NCBI GenBank assembly: GCA_013360825.1
Contig: JABWAY010000001.1
Location: forward strand, 1-42,666
Direction of reading: 5' to 3'
DNA length: 42,666 bases
Origin: Candidatus Brocadiia bacterium
GTDB taxonomy: Bacteria > Planctomycetota > MHYJ01 > WSZJ01
The notes beneath the pieces are model-generated. The model searched no databases. It saw nothing but the letters and a program-made list of their open reading frames with translations, and was not told the DNA's origin. Positions 1 to 8,682 of this stretch are shown here, piece by piece (within the stretch, counting starts at the first letter, position 1; every line of letters starts with the position of its first letter). The translations under genes and the position numbers were made by a program.

Positions 1-783
1 CACCGGCGTGTCGCTCGGTCGCTTCAGCGGGCGCGTCGCGGGACTCCCCGCCGGACGGACGCCGGAGGCCGACCCGACGATCCGCGTCGCACTCTCCCCG
101 CCTCCCAGTCCCCGCGCCGCCGTCAGCCGCTCCCGCGCCATCGTCTGGTGCGCCGTCTTCGCCGCCGCTTCCGAAACCTCCAGCCGCGCCTCCAGCCCGA
201 ACTGCACCTTGACCACCACCCGGTCCGAATCGACCCACCAGTGGTTGCGTTCCTTCCCTCCGACCCTCTCCACATAATGCCACGCCAGCCCGGACTTCGC
301 CGGCACCCGCACCTCCTCCGCCCCCGCACACTCCACCGCCGCCACCGCCGGCGTGTCGCTCCCCATCGGAAGCCGTGAAAATCCCCACAGTCCGCGGTGT
401 TCCTGGGGAAGTGTCGCGATCCACTCGGCGTTGCCGAAGTTGGGGAGGAAGTCCGGGGGGAGGACCTTCGAGAAGGGCTGGCCGGCCCAGGTGCCTGAGA
501 AGAGGTCGCCGTTGCGGCGGATCTGGAAGGTCATGGCGCCGTCGCGCTGGCAGCGGACGGCTTCGAGGCGTGCGCCGCCGGAGCCGAAGGCGAGGGTGGC
601 GACCTGTTCGGAGGTTCCGCCTTCCGTCTTGAAGGCGGAGTATGTCTCAACGGTCGCGCTGCCGTCGGAGACGGCGGACACGACATGCCGCTCGAAGCCG
701 GCGTATTTACCGTCCGCTGTCCAGAGCGAGTACCAGCGGACGCCGCTCTTGAAGGCCGTGCGGGTGATGTTGGGCGCGGGCAT
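1..783 (-). CDS. hypothetical protein, partial (3' end runs off the left edge of the window)
   Basis: Minus-strand ATG at 781-783. Hand translation is open through all 261 codons to position 1 (MPAPNITRTAFKSGVRWYSLWTADGKYAGFERHVV...). It is absent from the ORF track because no stop lies inside the window. Third codon positions are GC-rich like neighbouring genes. No family recognised. Confidence 0.5.
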   Translation of the reverse strand, partial: MPAPNITRTAFKSGVRWYSLWTADGKYAGFERHVVSAVSDGSATVETYSAFKTEGGTSEQVATLAFGSGGARLEAVRCQRDGAMTFQIRRNGDLFSGTWAGQPFSKVLPPDFLPNFGNAEWIATLPQEHRGLWGFSRLPMGSDTPAVAAVECAGAEEVRVPAKSGLAWHYVERVGGKERNHWWVDSDRVVVKVQFGLEARLEVSEAAAKTAHQTMARERLTAARGLGGGESATRIVGSASGVRPAGSPATRPLKRPSDTPV

Positions 784-912
784 GGCTGGTGGTGCCTTCC
801 TTCCCTAAGCCCATGATTGTAGGGAAGATACGGCGCGCGTCAAGGAATACCGCACGCCTCCCCGCCTGCGAATTTCAACCGCCGCGGGCACCCGGCCGGC
901 TGTCGTCGGCGC

Positions 913-2115
913 TCAGGACACCAGCCTCAGCAGCATCGCGATCGCTGCCCGCGCACGACGACGCTTCACCTCGATCTCCAGCCTCTCCTTCCCGAACTCC
1001 AGGATCTCGTCGTACCCGTTGGCGTAGGGGAGGGGGAAGTCCACGACATGGTGCGGCGTCACCCCCACCCCCTCCAGCTTCTCACCCTTCGTGTAGAACT
1101 GCGCGTTCTGGACCGGCACGAGCAGGCAGGAACCGTCGGACAGCTCCACAAACGTCGACCCCAGCACCGCCCCCTCCGTCGTCCGCCCGACCGTCGGGCC
1201 CAGGTCCTCGTCCATGAAGACCCAGGTGAAAATCTCCTTCGCCGACCGCGACCGGTCGTCCACGAGCAGCACCACGGGGCGGTCCCAGGCGCCGGTCCGG
1301 AACAGCCCGAGAATCGCATTCATCACCAGCGGCGAACCCCCGCGCCCACGGATGTCGAGGAGAAGGCCGTCGCAGTCCTCGAACTTCTCCGTCATCGCCT
1401 TCGAGACCGTGCCGTAAATGAGCGGCGTCAGGAAATGCCAGGTGTGCACGTACCCGAACTTCATCCCGCCATGCCGGATCACGCGCACCGAGTTCTCCGA
1501 GGCCTGCACCATCGAGATCGGCTCGGGCCGGATCGTCACCGTCCGGGACCGCCCCTTCTTCGACTCGATCACCAGCTCCACCGGCTCCTTCCCGTCCGCC
1601 GCCACGTACCAGAGCGGCGGCCACGGGAGCCCGGGGTCGCTTCCCGCCGCCGTCAGCCGCTCCGATGCCTTCGCCTCCACCCCGGCGATCCGGACCAGCC
1701 GGTCGCCGCGCCGGATCCCGGCCTTGTCCGCAGGACCGCCTTCCAGGAGGTTGCGCACAAACAGCTTCCCGTCGACCTCCACCGCCTCAAACCCCACCTG
1801 CGGGGTCGGCTTTCCGCCCATCTCCGGCACGAAATGATCCTGGTAGGCCTCCTTCGGGATCAGCACCAGGTGCGAGACCCCCAGCTCCCCGAGCATCCGG
1901 TTCGTGATCCCGATCAGCTCCTCCTGCGTCTTCGCCTTCTTCGCCAGCGGCCGGTACTCCTCCTTGAGCGCCGCCCAGTCGCGGCCGTTCATCGTCTTGT
2001 CGTAGAACCGGTCGCGCGTCGTCCGCCACGCCTCGTCGAACGTCTTGATCCTGGGCTTTTCGGCAAGGGCGGGAAGTGCCAGTGCTGCGGCGAGGACGAC
2101 GGTCAGAAGGCGCAT
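913..2115 (-). CDS. S41 family C-terminal processing peptidase with PDZ domain, secreted
   Basis: Within track ORF 913..2238. The internal ATG at 2115 gives the signal peptide MRLLTVVLAAALALPALA. PDZ-like stretch GGPADKAGIRRGDRLVRIAG. S41 signatures DIRGRGGSP and VDDRSRSAKEIF (Ser/Lys dyad region). Confidence 0.85.
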   Translation of the reverse strand: MRLLTVVLAAALALPALAEKPRIKTFDEAWRTTRDRFYDKTMNGRDWAALKEEYRPLAKKAKTQEELIGITNRMLGELGVSHLVLIPKEAYQDHFVPEMGGKPTPQVGFEAVEVDGKLFVRNLLEGGPADKAGIRRGDRLVRIAGVEAKASERLTAAGSDPGLPWPPLWYVAADGKEPVELVIESKKGRSRTVTIRPEPISMVQASENSVRVIRHGGMKFGYVHTWHFLTPLIYGTVSKAMTEKFEDCDGLLLDIRGRGGSPLVMNAILGLFRTGAWDRPVVLLVDDRSRSAKEIFTWVFMDEDLGPTVGRTTEGAVLGSTFVELSDGSCLLVPVQNAQFYTKGEKLEGVGVTPHHVVDFPLPYANGYDEILEFGKERLEIEVKRRRARAAIAMLLRLVS

Positions 2116-2778
2116 CGGTCGTGTCTCCGTGGGTTCGTGCAGAGTGATACGGCTGTCGGGCCGGAATGATGGGTTCAGGCGGACGGGGGCAGGTGCGGGG
2201 TCAGGGCGGCAGGGAGAGGGCTCCCGGGCGTGGGACACCTCGGGACCCGGGTAGTGGGCCCCCGATCCCGGTGATCCGACCCCTCATCGCTTTCCCAGAA
2301 CCTTCCTGCCCTCCCCGTCGTCCAATCCCCACACCCTTACGGAGCCCCTCCCATGCGTCGTTTCGCCGGTCCGGCCCTTCTCCTCGCCCTCGCCGCCGGG
2401 GTCGCGCGCGCCGAGGATTCCACCGTTCTCGAGGGCCGTATCGACGCACTGCTCGGCCCCGATGTCGGCGCTTCGCGAGAAGCCGTGTTTCGACCGCGGC
2501 CGCGAACTGTGCCGTCGGATCGGGGAGAGGAAAGGGAAGTTCAGCCAGGTGGGGGAGAGCGAGGTTGGTCCGCGATCGGGGGAGGCTGAGCCCTGGGAGC
2601 GGAACCTGATGCGCGTGGAGGCCGTCGTAGAATCGGTCTTCATCTGGTAGGGCGGTCCTGCGCTCTCTGGCTCGGAGCTCATCAGCAGCCTGCGTCGTGC
2701 CGGCTCGCCTCCCGCCTGGAATGCGGTGACCGAGGACGCCTGGTGGGACGCCGGGCGGGCGGGGGAGCGCCCCGCCGC

Positions 2779-3426
2779 TCAGTACTTCACCGAGCACCCG
2801 TACGGCTTCGACTCGGTCACCGGCGCCGGCTTGCCCGACAGCACGGCGTCGAGCACCTCGACCACGTAGTTCCGGGCCCCGGCGATGTCCGCCGAATTCG
2901 CCGTCGGCCGGTCGTCGATCGCCCCGCCGTATACGATCGCCCCCTGCGGGTCGATCACCACCATCTGCGGCGTCGTCTTCGCGTCGTAGAGCCGGCCGAC
3001 CTTCCCGTCCACGTCCAGCAGCATCGCCGTCGGCGCGGCCCCGATCGATTTCAACGTCTCCGTCCACCCCGCCGGCTCCTGGTGCCCCTGCTTTCCGGGG
3101 GCCGATGAGCAGATCGAGAGCCAGACCACCCCCTTCCCCGCGTACGTCTTCTGAAGCCCCTGCATGTTCCCCGACCCGTAGTGCTTTTTCACGAACGGGC
3201 ACCCGTGGTTCACCCACTCCAGCACGACCCATTTCCCGCGATAGTCCGCCAGCGCGTGGGATTTCCCGGTGTTGTCGGGAAGCGAGAACGCCGGCGCGGC
3301 CGCGGCGGAGATGTTGTCCTGTGGGGCGGGGGGGGAAGTGGTGTTCCCATTTCCGTTCTCGGGCGACCCGCAGCCGGCGAGGAGGGCGGCGGACAGGGAG
3401 AGGGCGAGGGTGAGGGAGCGCGTCAT
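2779..3426 (-). CDS. thioredoxin-fold (redoxin/TlpA-like) lipoprotein
   Basis: Lipobox LLAGC after the signal sequence. Thioredoxin-fold core KWVVLEWVNHGCPFVKKHY and C-terminal YGCSVKY. The start overlaps the upstream gene's stop (ATGA at 3423-3426). Confidence 0.85.
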   Translation of the reverse strand: MTRSLTLALSLSAALLAGCGSPENGNGNTTSPPAPQDNISAAAAPAFSLPDNTGKSHALADYRGKWVVLEWVNHGCPFVKKHYGSGNMQGLQKTYAGKGVVWLSICSSAPGKQGHQEPAGWTETLKSIGAAPTAMLLDVDGKVGRLYDAKTTPQMVVIDPQGAIVYGGAIDDRPTANSADIAGARNYVVEVLDAVLSGKPAPVTESKPYGCSVKY

Positions 3427-4262
3427 CGGGGGGGCCTTTCAGGAGTGGTTGCGTCGATGGTCCAGGATGCCGTCGATCCGTCGAGATGGACGACGAGGAC
3501 ACCCCGGAGCCGGGTGACCGGTTCCTTCCGGCGCGGTGCCGGGAAGAGCCGGATGCGGAGGGCGACCGGGCTCGTCGGGTCGAACACGGCGGGCCTGGTT
3601 TCGTCGAGGGTGAGCGGGTCGGACGGGAAGAACTCGGCGGAGGAGCCCTCGAGTCCCTTCACGACCAGAACGATCCCCCCGGAAAATTCCTCCAGCGTCG
3701 CCGCTCCCGCGGGGAGTTCCTTCGGCAGCGACGCGCGCGCCGCGGCGAACGCGGCGGCGTGGGCCGGATCGGCGACCGGGGGGTCCTCCCGGATCTCCAC
3801 GCGCGCCTGGCAGGCGTCGCTTCCGGAGGTGCACGCTTCGTCGCTGCAGGCGACCCAGTGCACGGTCGCGCCGAGGATCGCGTCGCCGGCCGCCGCGCCG
3901 GCGGGGACCTGCAGGCTCACGGGGAGGAGGACTTCGCCCTCGTAGACGTAGGACACGAGCCCGTCCTGCACGAGGCGGTGCGGCGTCGGCCAGGCGATCG
4001 GGCCGGCGACCCAGCCTTCGGGCAGCTTCCAGTCCACGACCGGGGCGGCGCCGGAATCCCCCGGGTATTTCCAGTAGACGTGCCGTCCCGGCGCGAGCAC
4101 CAGCCTCACCCCGACAGACAGTTCCGTCCCCGGACGCGCGGTGGGGGTTTCGGCGATCAGCGCGGCCCGGCAGTCGGCGATCTTCGGCGCTGCATCCTGG
4201 GCGATCGCGGTGGAGCCCAGGGCCAGGACGAGGGCGGGGGCTGCGTGGCGCAATCGTTTCAC
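3423..4262 (-). CDS. DsbD N-terminal-domain-like (DsbC/ScsB-type) periplasmic thiol-disulfide protein
   Basis: Signal peptide MKRLRHAAPALVLALGSTAIAQ. GRHVYW and VHWVACSDEAC motifs are typical of the DsbD-alpha/DsbC-like fold. Translationally coupled to the thioredoxin-like gene downstream. Confidence 0.7.
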   Translation of the reverse strand: MKRLRHAAPALVLALGSTAIAQDAAPKIADCRAALIAETPTARPGTELSVGVRLVLAPGRHVYWKYPGDSGAAPVVDWKLPEGWVAGPIAWPTPHRLVQDGLVSYVYEGEVLLPVSLQVPAGAAAGDAILGATVHWVACSDEACTSGSDACQARVEIREDPPVADPAHAAAFAAARASLPKELPAGAATLEEFSGGIVLVVKGLEGSSAEFFPSDPLTLDETRPAVFDPTSPVALRIRLFPAPRRKEPVTRLRGVLVVHLDGSTASWTIDATTPERPPR

Positions 4263-4286
4263 GAGCCTTCACTCTAGCGGGGTGAC

Positions 4287-4781
4287 TCACTCTGATGGAG
4301 TCTTATCGAGCGGCGCCCTGGCGCGCCGCAATTGCGCGGGGATGTCCCCGGCCTTCGCGGTCCGGACGAGCGCTCCTGGATCGTCATTGTGCGTGGCGAT
4401 GTATCCGTTGATGGCGTCGATCAGGTGGAGGTCGAGATCCTTCGGGGTCCCGCCGTCGATGGGATCGAGGATCTGGATCCGGTCCGGATGACGGTGCCGC
4501 TGCATGCGCTTGCCGATGACCCGTCCCTCGGTGACGTTCAGAGCCGCGAAGAGCGTGGCGGTGCCGTGGCGCCTGTCGTCGTGCTTCATGATTCCGCGAC
4601 GGCGCGGAGACATCGGCAGGCTGCGCGGCGTGCGGTCCCGTGCCTGGATCTGGCTTTTCTCGCCGGCACACAGCACGATGGCATGCTCGGAAGGATTGAG
4701 GTGCCGCCCCGCCACGTCGATCGGTTTCTCGAGCCGGGCGGATCTTCGCCCCGTGAAACGTGCCGCGGAGGACCCGGACAT
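4287..4781 (-). pseudogene. IS630-family DDE transposase remnant (N-terminally truncated, internal deletion)
   Basis: EKPIDVAGRHLNPSEHAIVLCAGEKSQIQARDR...RRHGTATLFAALNVTEGRVIGKRMQRHRH...DLDLHLI matches the IS630 core (DEKSQIQALDR, RHGTTTLFAALNV, RHRH). It then jumps directly to the C-terminal AINGYIATHNDDP (AINRFxxxHN) region. The ~75-80 aa stretch (LDNYATH...SWLN) holding the remaining catalytic residues of the DDE triad is missing, and there is no HTH N-terminus. Confidence 0.7.
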
Positions 4782-4940
4782 CGCGCTTGGGCGGGGACTC
4801 CCCGGGGTGTACCGTCGGGGCAGCGCAGTGTCCGGCCCTCACTCGCTCCGGGGGACAGTCTGGAACCACCGAAGCCTCAACGGCTGAAATTCCTGCTCCG
4901 CGAGCTGTTCGGGAGCGCGCTCGCCGCGGGAGGAATTGCA

Positions 4941-5879
4941 TTGGCGGCATTCGGGTTCCTGGGGAATCCGGACGGCCCCCGGGGTGTCGTGGTGGGGTTC
5001 GGCCTCGTCCTGACCCTGGCGGGCGGTCTGCTCGCCGGGGGCGCGCGGGGAATCGCGCGGGCCGTGATCCGACGGTATCCCGGCGTCGCGAACTGGCCGT
5101 GGAGTCTGATCTCCGGGGCGGGTCTCTGCTCCGGAATCGGTCTCGTGATCATGCTCGTCAGCGTCTTCAACCCGGACGACGCGGCCTTTCCGTCCGGTCG
5201 CGGGGTGGCCTTCGCCGCGGGGCTGGTCTTTTTCCTCGCCGGCGTCGGCATCGCCGGTCCCACGCTCTCCCGCTCCGGCGACCGGGGTCCGCTCCAGGGG
5301 ATCGTCGTCGCCGCCCTCCTGACCGCATTCGCCGCAGTCCCCCTCGGGATCGCGATCCAGAGCCCCGATCTCCCCGTCGCGGTGGCCGCGGTCATCCTCG
5401 CTGGCGTCGCCCTGGCCGGCTGGGACTTCGTTCTGCGACGCTGGATCTCCCGGCTCGCCCTGCGGCTGCCGCTCTACGCCGGCGTGCTCCTCCTGGTGGG
5501 AGTCGGCGCCTCCCGCCTCACGAGGGCGACCGGACCGACCGCGCGAGGGCCCGTCTTCGAGCCTGTCACAGTCCGCGTGGAAGACCACTCCGTCGTGGCG
5601 GGGGAGCCCGTGAGGATTCATTTCGACCGGCCGCTCACGATGCCGTACGGATACCACTACCAGGTCGTCATCGTGCCCCGGGGCGTCGAGGTCTTCGCCT
5701 CAGGTCGCTGGTCCTATGTCAATCCCGGTGCCGCCTTCCTTGAGCTCGAGGCCCCCGACCAGCCGGGGGACTACGAAGTCCGTTTGAAACCGCACATGAA
5801 CGCCGTCCTTTCCTCGTGTCCCCTCTCCGTCCGCCCGGGCGAAACGCCGGAGCGGCCGCCGGATTTCGAGAAACGCTGA
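4941..5879 (+). CDS. multi-pass membrane protein with C-terminal beta-sandwich-like domain; start uncertain
   Basis: Track ORF 4332..5879, but its first ~200 aa are antisense to the IS630 remnant. The protein-like part begins near LKFLLRELFGSALAAGGIALAAF. Several hydrophobic helices are followed by VTVRVEDHSVVAGEPVRIHF...PGDYEVRLKP. There is no in-frame ATG or GTG just upstream. The first plausible starts are TTG 4941 or GTG 4989/4992. Confidence 0.55.
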   Translation: MAAFGFLGNPDGPRGVVVGFGLVLTLAGGLLAGGARGIARAVIRRYPGVANWPWSLISGAGLCSGIGLVIMLVSVFNPDDAAFPSGRGVAFAAGLVFFLAGVGIAGPTLSRSGDRGPLQGIVVAALLTAFAAVPLGIAIQSPDLPVAVAAVILAGVALAGWDFVLRRWISRLALRLPLYAGVLLLVGVGASRLTRATGPTARGPVFEPVTVRVEDHSVVAGEPVRIHFDRPLTMPYGYHYQVVIVPRGVEVFASGRWSYVNPGAAFLELEAPDQPGDYEVRLKPHMNAVLSSCPLSVRPGETPERPPDFEKR

Positions 5880-6168
5880 CGGGTCGGCGGCTGCGGATCC
5901 CGGGGCGATCGGGAGAAAAAAATATTTCCGCACCGCACCGAGGCCCGCGCGGGGAGTATTCTCGGGGGACGGCTTCGGGTTGTGCGCTGTGCAGGAATTT
6001 CGGCCCGAACCGTCTGAATTTCTGACGCCCGCAGTCCAGCGTCCCGCGCACCGCGGGGCGCGCAACTCCCTGTGTCATCCGCCCTTGCGGCGGATGGTCG
6101 GGCTCGACGCCGGGCGGGACCGGAATCTGCAACCTGTCGCTCCGCGCCCTTCCCGCGACACGATACCC

Positions 6169-8682
6169 ATGGAGATCCCCATGAATTCGATCCTTCGAAG
6201 TTGCGTCACGCTGACCTGGGCGCTGCGACTCGCCACGTTCGCCGCGGCGATCCTGGTCTGCGCCGCCTCGCTTCCCGCGCAGGATCCCGCGCCGGGGATC
6301 GACCCCGAGTTCGCGGCGCGCGAGGACCTGAAGCAGGCGCGCCGCCAGGTGGAGATGTGGCAGGAGATCCGCCGGGAGCATGCGAAACGGCGGGATGCGG
6401 CCGTCGCTCCGGCGGCACAGGCGGGGAAAGCGTATGAGACGGCGCGAGCGGAGCGCGAGCTCGCAGATCGGATCGACTCGGCGCTGCGCAACCCGGAAGC
6501 GAACCCTTCGGACAAGGTCAAGCGGTTGCTGGCGCACATCAAGAGTGTCGAGGACGATCTGGAGCGCCTCCGCACCACTCTCAAGGAGCGGCCGGGGCAC
6601 ATGGACACGGCGATGGCGCTGGGAGCCACGGCGAACTATCTGGAGCGGCTGTACGCGAAGCGCGACGGGCTGCTGAACGGGACGGGGGAGGAACGGGTCC
6701 GGCGCGAGGAGTGGAAGAAGGCGGCGGCCGAGGTGGCGCAGCGCAAGTTTGATGCGTACTGGGACGCCCGCGGGACGTGGTACCGGGCTTCGAACGAGCT
6801 CGCGTCCCTGCAGCGCCTGGTCGACGCGGACGACGCGGAGCTCGCGAAGGCGGAGGCCGCGCTGCTGGCGCTCGAGGTCGATGTGCTGGAGCGGTTCCGG
6901 AATGCGCCGAGGCCGCATCTCCAGCGGGCGTCTGCCTCGGCAGGCGGCGCGGTCGTGTACGACGCGAGCTGGGTTTCCGAGGAGGAAGTCCTCGACGAAC
7001 GGATCCGCTTCATGAGCAGGGCCGTGATCGCGCAGGCCGCCGAAATCGGCGTGCAGACGCGCCGGAGGGACAACGTTCTCGACGAGTACATCGCGGCGAG
7101 CAATGAGGCGATCGCGGCGATTCAGGCTTACGAGAGCGCGATCTGGACCCAGGCGTACCGGCAGATCGGGATCGACCTCCTCGACTGTGCCGTCTCTCTC
7201 GCCCTCGATGCGAAGGACGGCGGGGTGGCCGGCCTCGCCGTGGGGACCGGCGTGGAACTCGCGCACAAGCTCTACGAATGGGGCTCCGGGGACGTCGGCC
7301 GGAGGTATGACCTGCCCGCCTCCGGCGCGGCGGGCCCGCCTCCCGCGCACGACCCGACGACGTATGTGGGGGAGGCCGGGAAAGAAGCGATCAAGAGCGC
7401 GATCAAGGCCGGGCTCAAGGGGTTCATCGAGGGGACGCGTGCGGGGGCGGCGGACTACCGCCGGCTGAACGTCGCCCAGCCGCTGATCGAGGAGCTGTGG
7501 GTCGTGCTCAAGCGCCGCGTGATCTTCAACAACAGGGTCACGGAGGAGGCGATCGTCGTGGTCTTCCGGAAGACGTCGGAGACGCTCATCGTGCGGTCGA
7601 TGAAGGACCGCGTGAAGGGGGCGATGAATGCGTTCAGGGAGGGGCTGAAGAAGGGTCTCGTGGACGCGAAGGTGCTTCGCAGCATCGGGCGTTCGATGGC
7701 GCAGGCGGCCGTGAAGAACTTCATCCAGGAGATGGCCCGGTCCGAGCGCCTGCAGGCCTGGTACGAGTTTGCCGAGAAGGACGCCATCGCGCTCGAGATC
7801 TACCGGCAGATGCGCCAGGAGAGCAATCTCCTGCAGTTCGAGAAACTGCAGCTGGAGGCCTATCAGGAATACCTGCGCGAGCTCATGGCCGAACGGGCGC
7901 GGCTCAGCGGAACGCGCCGCCTCCGTTTCGACCGCGACGAGGCGGTTCCTGCCACCGCCCGCGCAGGGGACGGGTCGGTGGAGCTCGACCTCCGGCTGTC
8001 GTTCTCGAGGCCGGTGGAGACGGTGAGGGTGAAGGTCAACGGCGCCGAGATTGTCGGGTCGATCGGAGCGACGGAGTGGTCCGGAAAGGCGCGGCTGGCG
8101 GCCGGGATCGCCGAGGCCGCACTCTCCGTGGAGGCCGTGGACAGCCTCTCCCGGCAGGGAATCGACGCCGATCCCCACACGGTCCCGCAGTACAACACGG
8201 GGAATGACCGCTGGTCGGGATGGGAGAGGGGACCGGACAACACGCACACCGTCCGGCTGGGCGAGCGCAAGCCGGGCGTCTCCATCGTGCTGCTGATCGA
8301 CTGCTCGGGAAGCATGGGTGAGCACGGGCGGCTCAACAGTGCGAAAACGGCCGCGCGGAATGTCCTGAACCCCGACTCGCTCGGACCCGACGACGATGTC
8401 GCGCTCTGGACGTTTTCCGGCTCCGAGGCGCAGTTGCGCGTGCCCTTCACGTCGGATCCGGCCCGCGTCGTGGCCGCAGTCGACGCCCTGGGTGCCGACG
8501 GTGCGACCCCCCTGGCGCTCGGGATCTCCCGGTCGGGGGACTACCTGCTCTCCGTCGGCCGGAACCGGAAGAAGGTCCTGATCGTGCTCTCCGACGGCGA
8601 GGAGACGATGAACGGAAATCCCTTCGAGGCGATGCGCCTGCTCCGTGAACGTGGCGCCGTGGTCAGGGAGGGCGGCCGATGA
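6169..8682 (+). CDS. secreted/anchored long coiled-coil protein with C-terminal vWA domain (MIDAS intact, domain apparently truncated)
   Basis: Within ORF 5980..8682. ATG 6169 (or 6181) precedes the signal/anchor SILRSCVTLTWALRLATFAAAILVCAASLPAQ. About 700 aa are heptad-rich and charged. The vWA part is VSIVLLIDCSGSMG (DxSxS at 8299-8313), ADGATPL and LIVLSDGEET. The stop TGA overlaps the next ATG (ATGA at 8679-8682). Confidence 0.8.
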   Translation: MEIPMNSILRSCVTLTWALRLATFAAAILVCAASLPAQDPAPGIDPEFAAREDLKQARRQVEMWQEIRREHAKRRDAAVAPAAQAGKAYETARAERELADRIDSALRNPEANPSDKVKRLLAHIKSVEDDLERLRTTLKERPGHMDTAMALGATANYLERLYAKRDGLLNGTGEERVRREEWKKAAAEVAQRKFDAYWDARGTWYRASNELASLQRLVDADDAELAKAEAALLALEVDVLERFRNAPRPHLQRASASAGGAVVYDASWVSEEEVLDERIRFMSRAVIAQAAEIGVQTRRRDNVLDEYIAASNEAIAAIQAYESAIWTQAYRQIGIDLLDCAVSLALDAKDGGVAGLAVGTGVELAHKLYEWGSGDVGRRYDLPASGAAGPPPAHDPTTYVGEAGKEAIKSAIKAGLKGFIEGTRAGAADYRRLNVAQPLIEELWVVLKRRVIFNNRVTEEAIVVVFRKTSETLIVRSMKDRVKGAMNAFREGLKKGLVDAKVLRSIGRSMAQAAVKNFIQEMARSERLQAWYEFAEKDAIALEIYRQMRQESNLLQFEKLQLEAYQEYLRELMAERARLSGTRRLRFDRDEAVPATARAGDGSVELDLRLSFSRPVETVRVKVNGAEIVGSIGATEWSGKARLAAGIAEAALSVEAVDSLSRQGIDADPHTVPQYNTGNDRWSGWERGPDNTHTVRLGERKPGVSIVLLIDCSGSMGEHGRLNSAKTAARNVLNPDSLGPDDDVALWTFSGSEAQLRVPFTSDPARVVAAVDALGADGATPLALGISRSGDYLLSVGRNRKKVLIVLSDGEETMNGNPFEAMRLLRERGAVVREGGR

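Noticed and set aside
2353-2589. 78-aa ORF with a convincing signal peptide (MRRFAGPALLLALAAGVARA) in the 660-nt gap between the S41 and thioredoxin-like genes
   Set aside because: After about 40 aa the sequence becomes low-complexity. Plausible continuation fragments lie in other frames and are interrupted by a TAG at 2648-2650. It may be a decayed gene, but I cannot reconstruct a supported CDS.
6075-6095. Hairpin CATCCGCC-cttgc-GGCGGATG upstream of the vWA gene
   Set aside because: The 8-bp stem is real, but there is no U-tract and no recognisable regulatory context. I noted it without interpreting it.
5719-8325. 868-aa minus-strand ORF, and similar long ORFs (2201..3502, 10600..12510, 10809..12698, 14747..17503, 26348..28315, 34157..36619, 36481..38220, 40557..41936)
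   Set aside because: All are antisense or off-frame to genes with clear family signatures. All have extreme Arg/Pro/Gly composition and no recognisable motifs.
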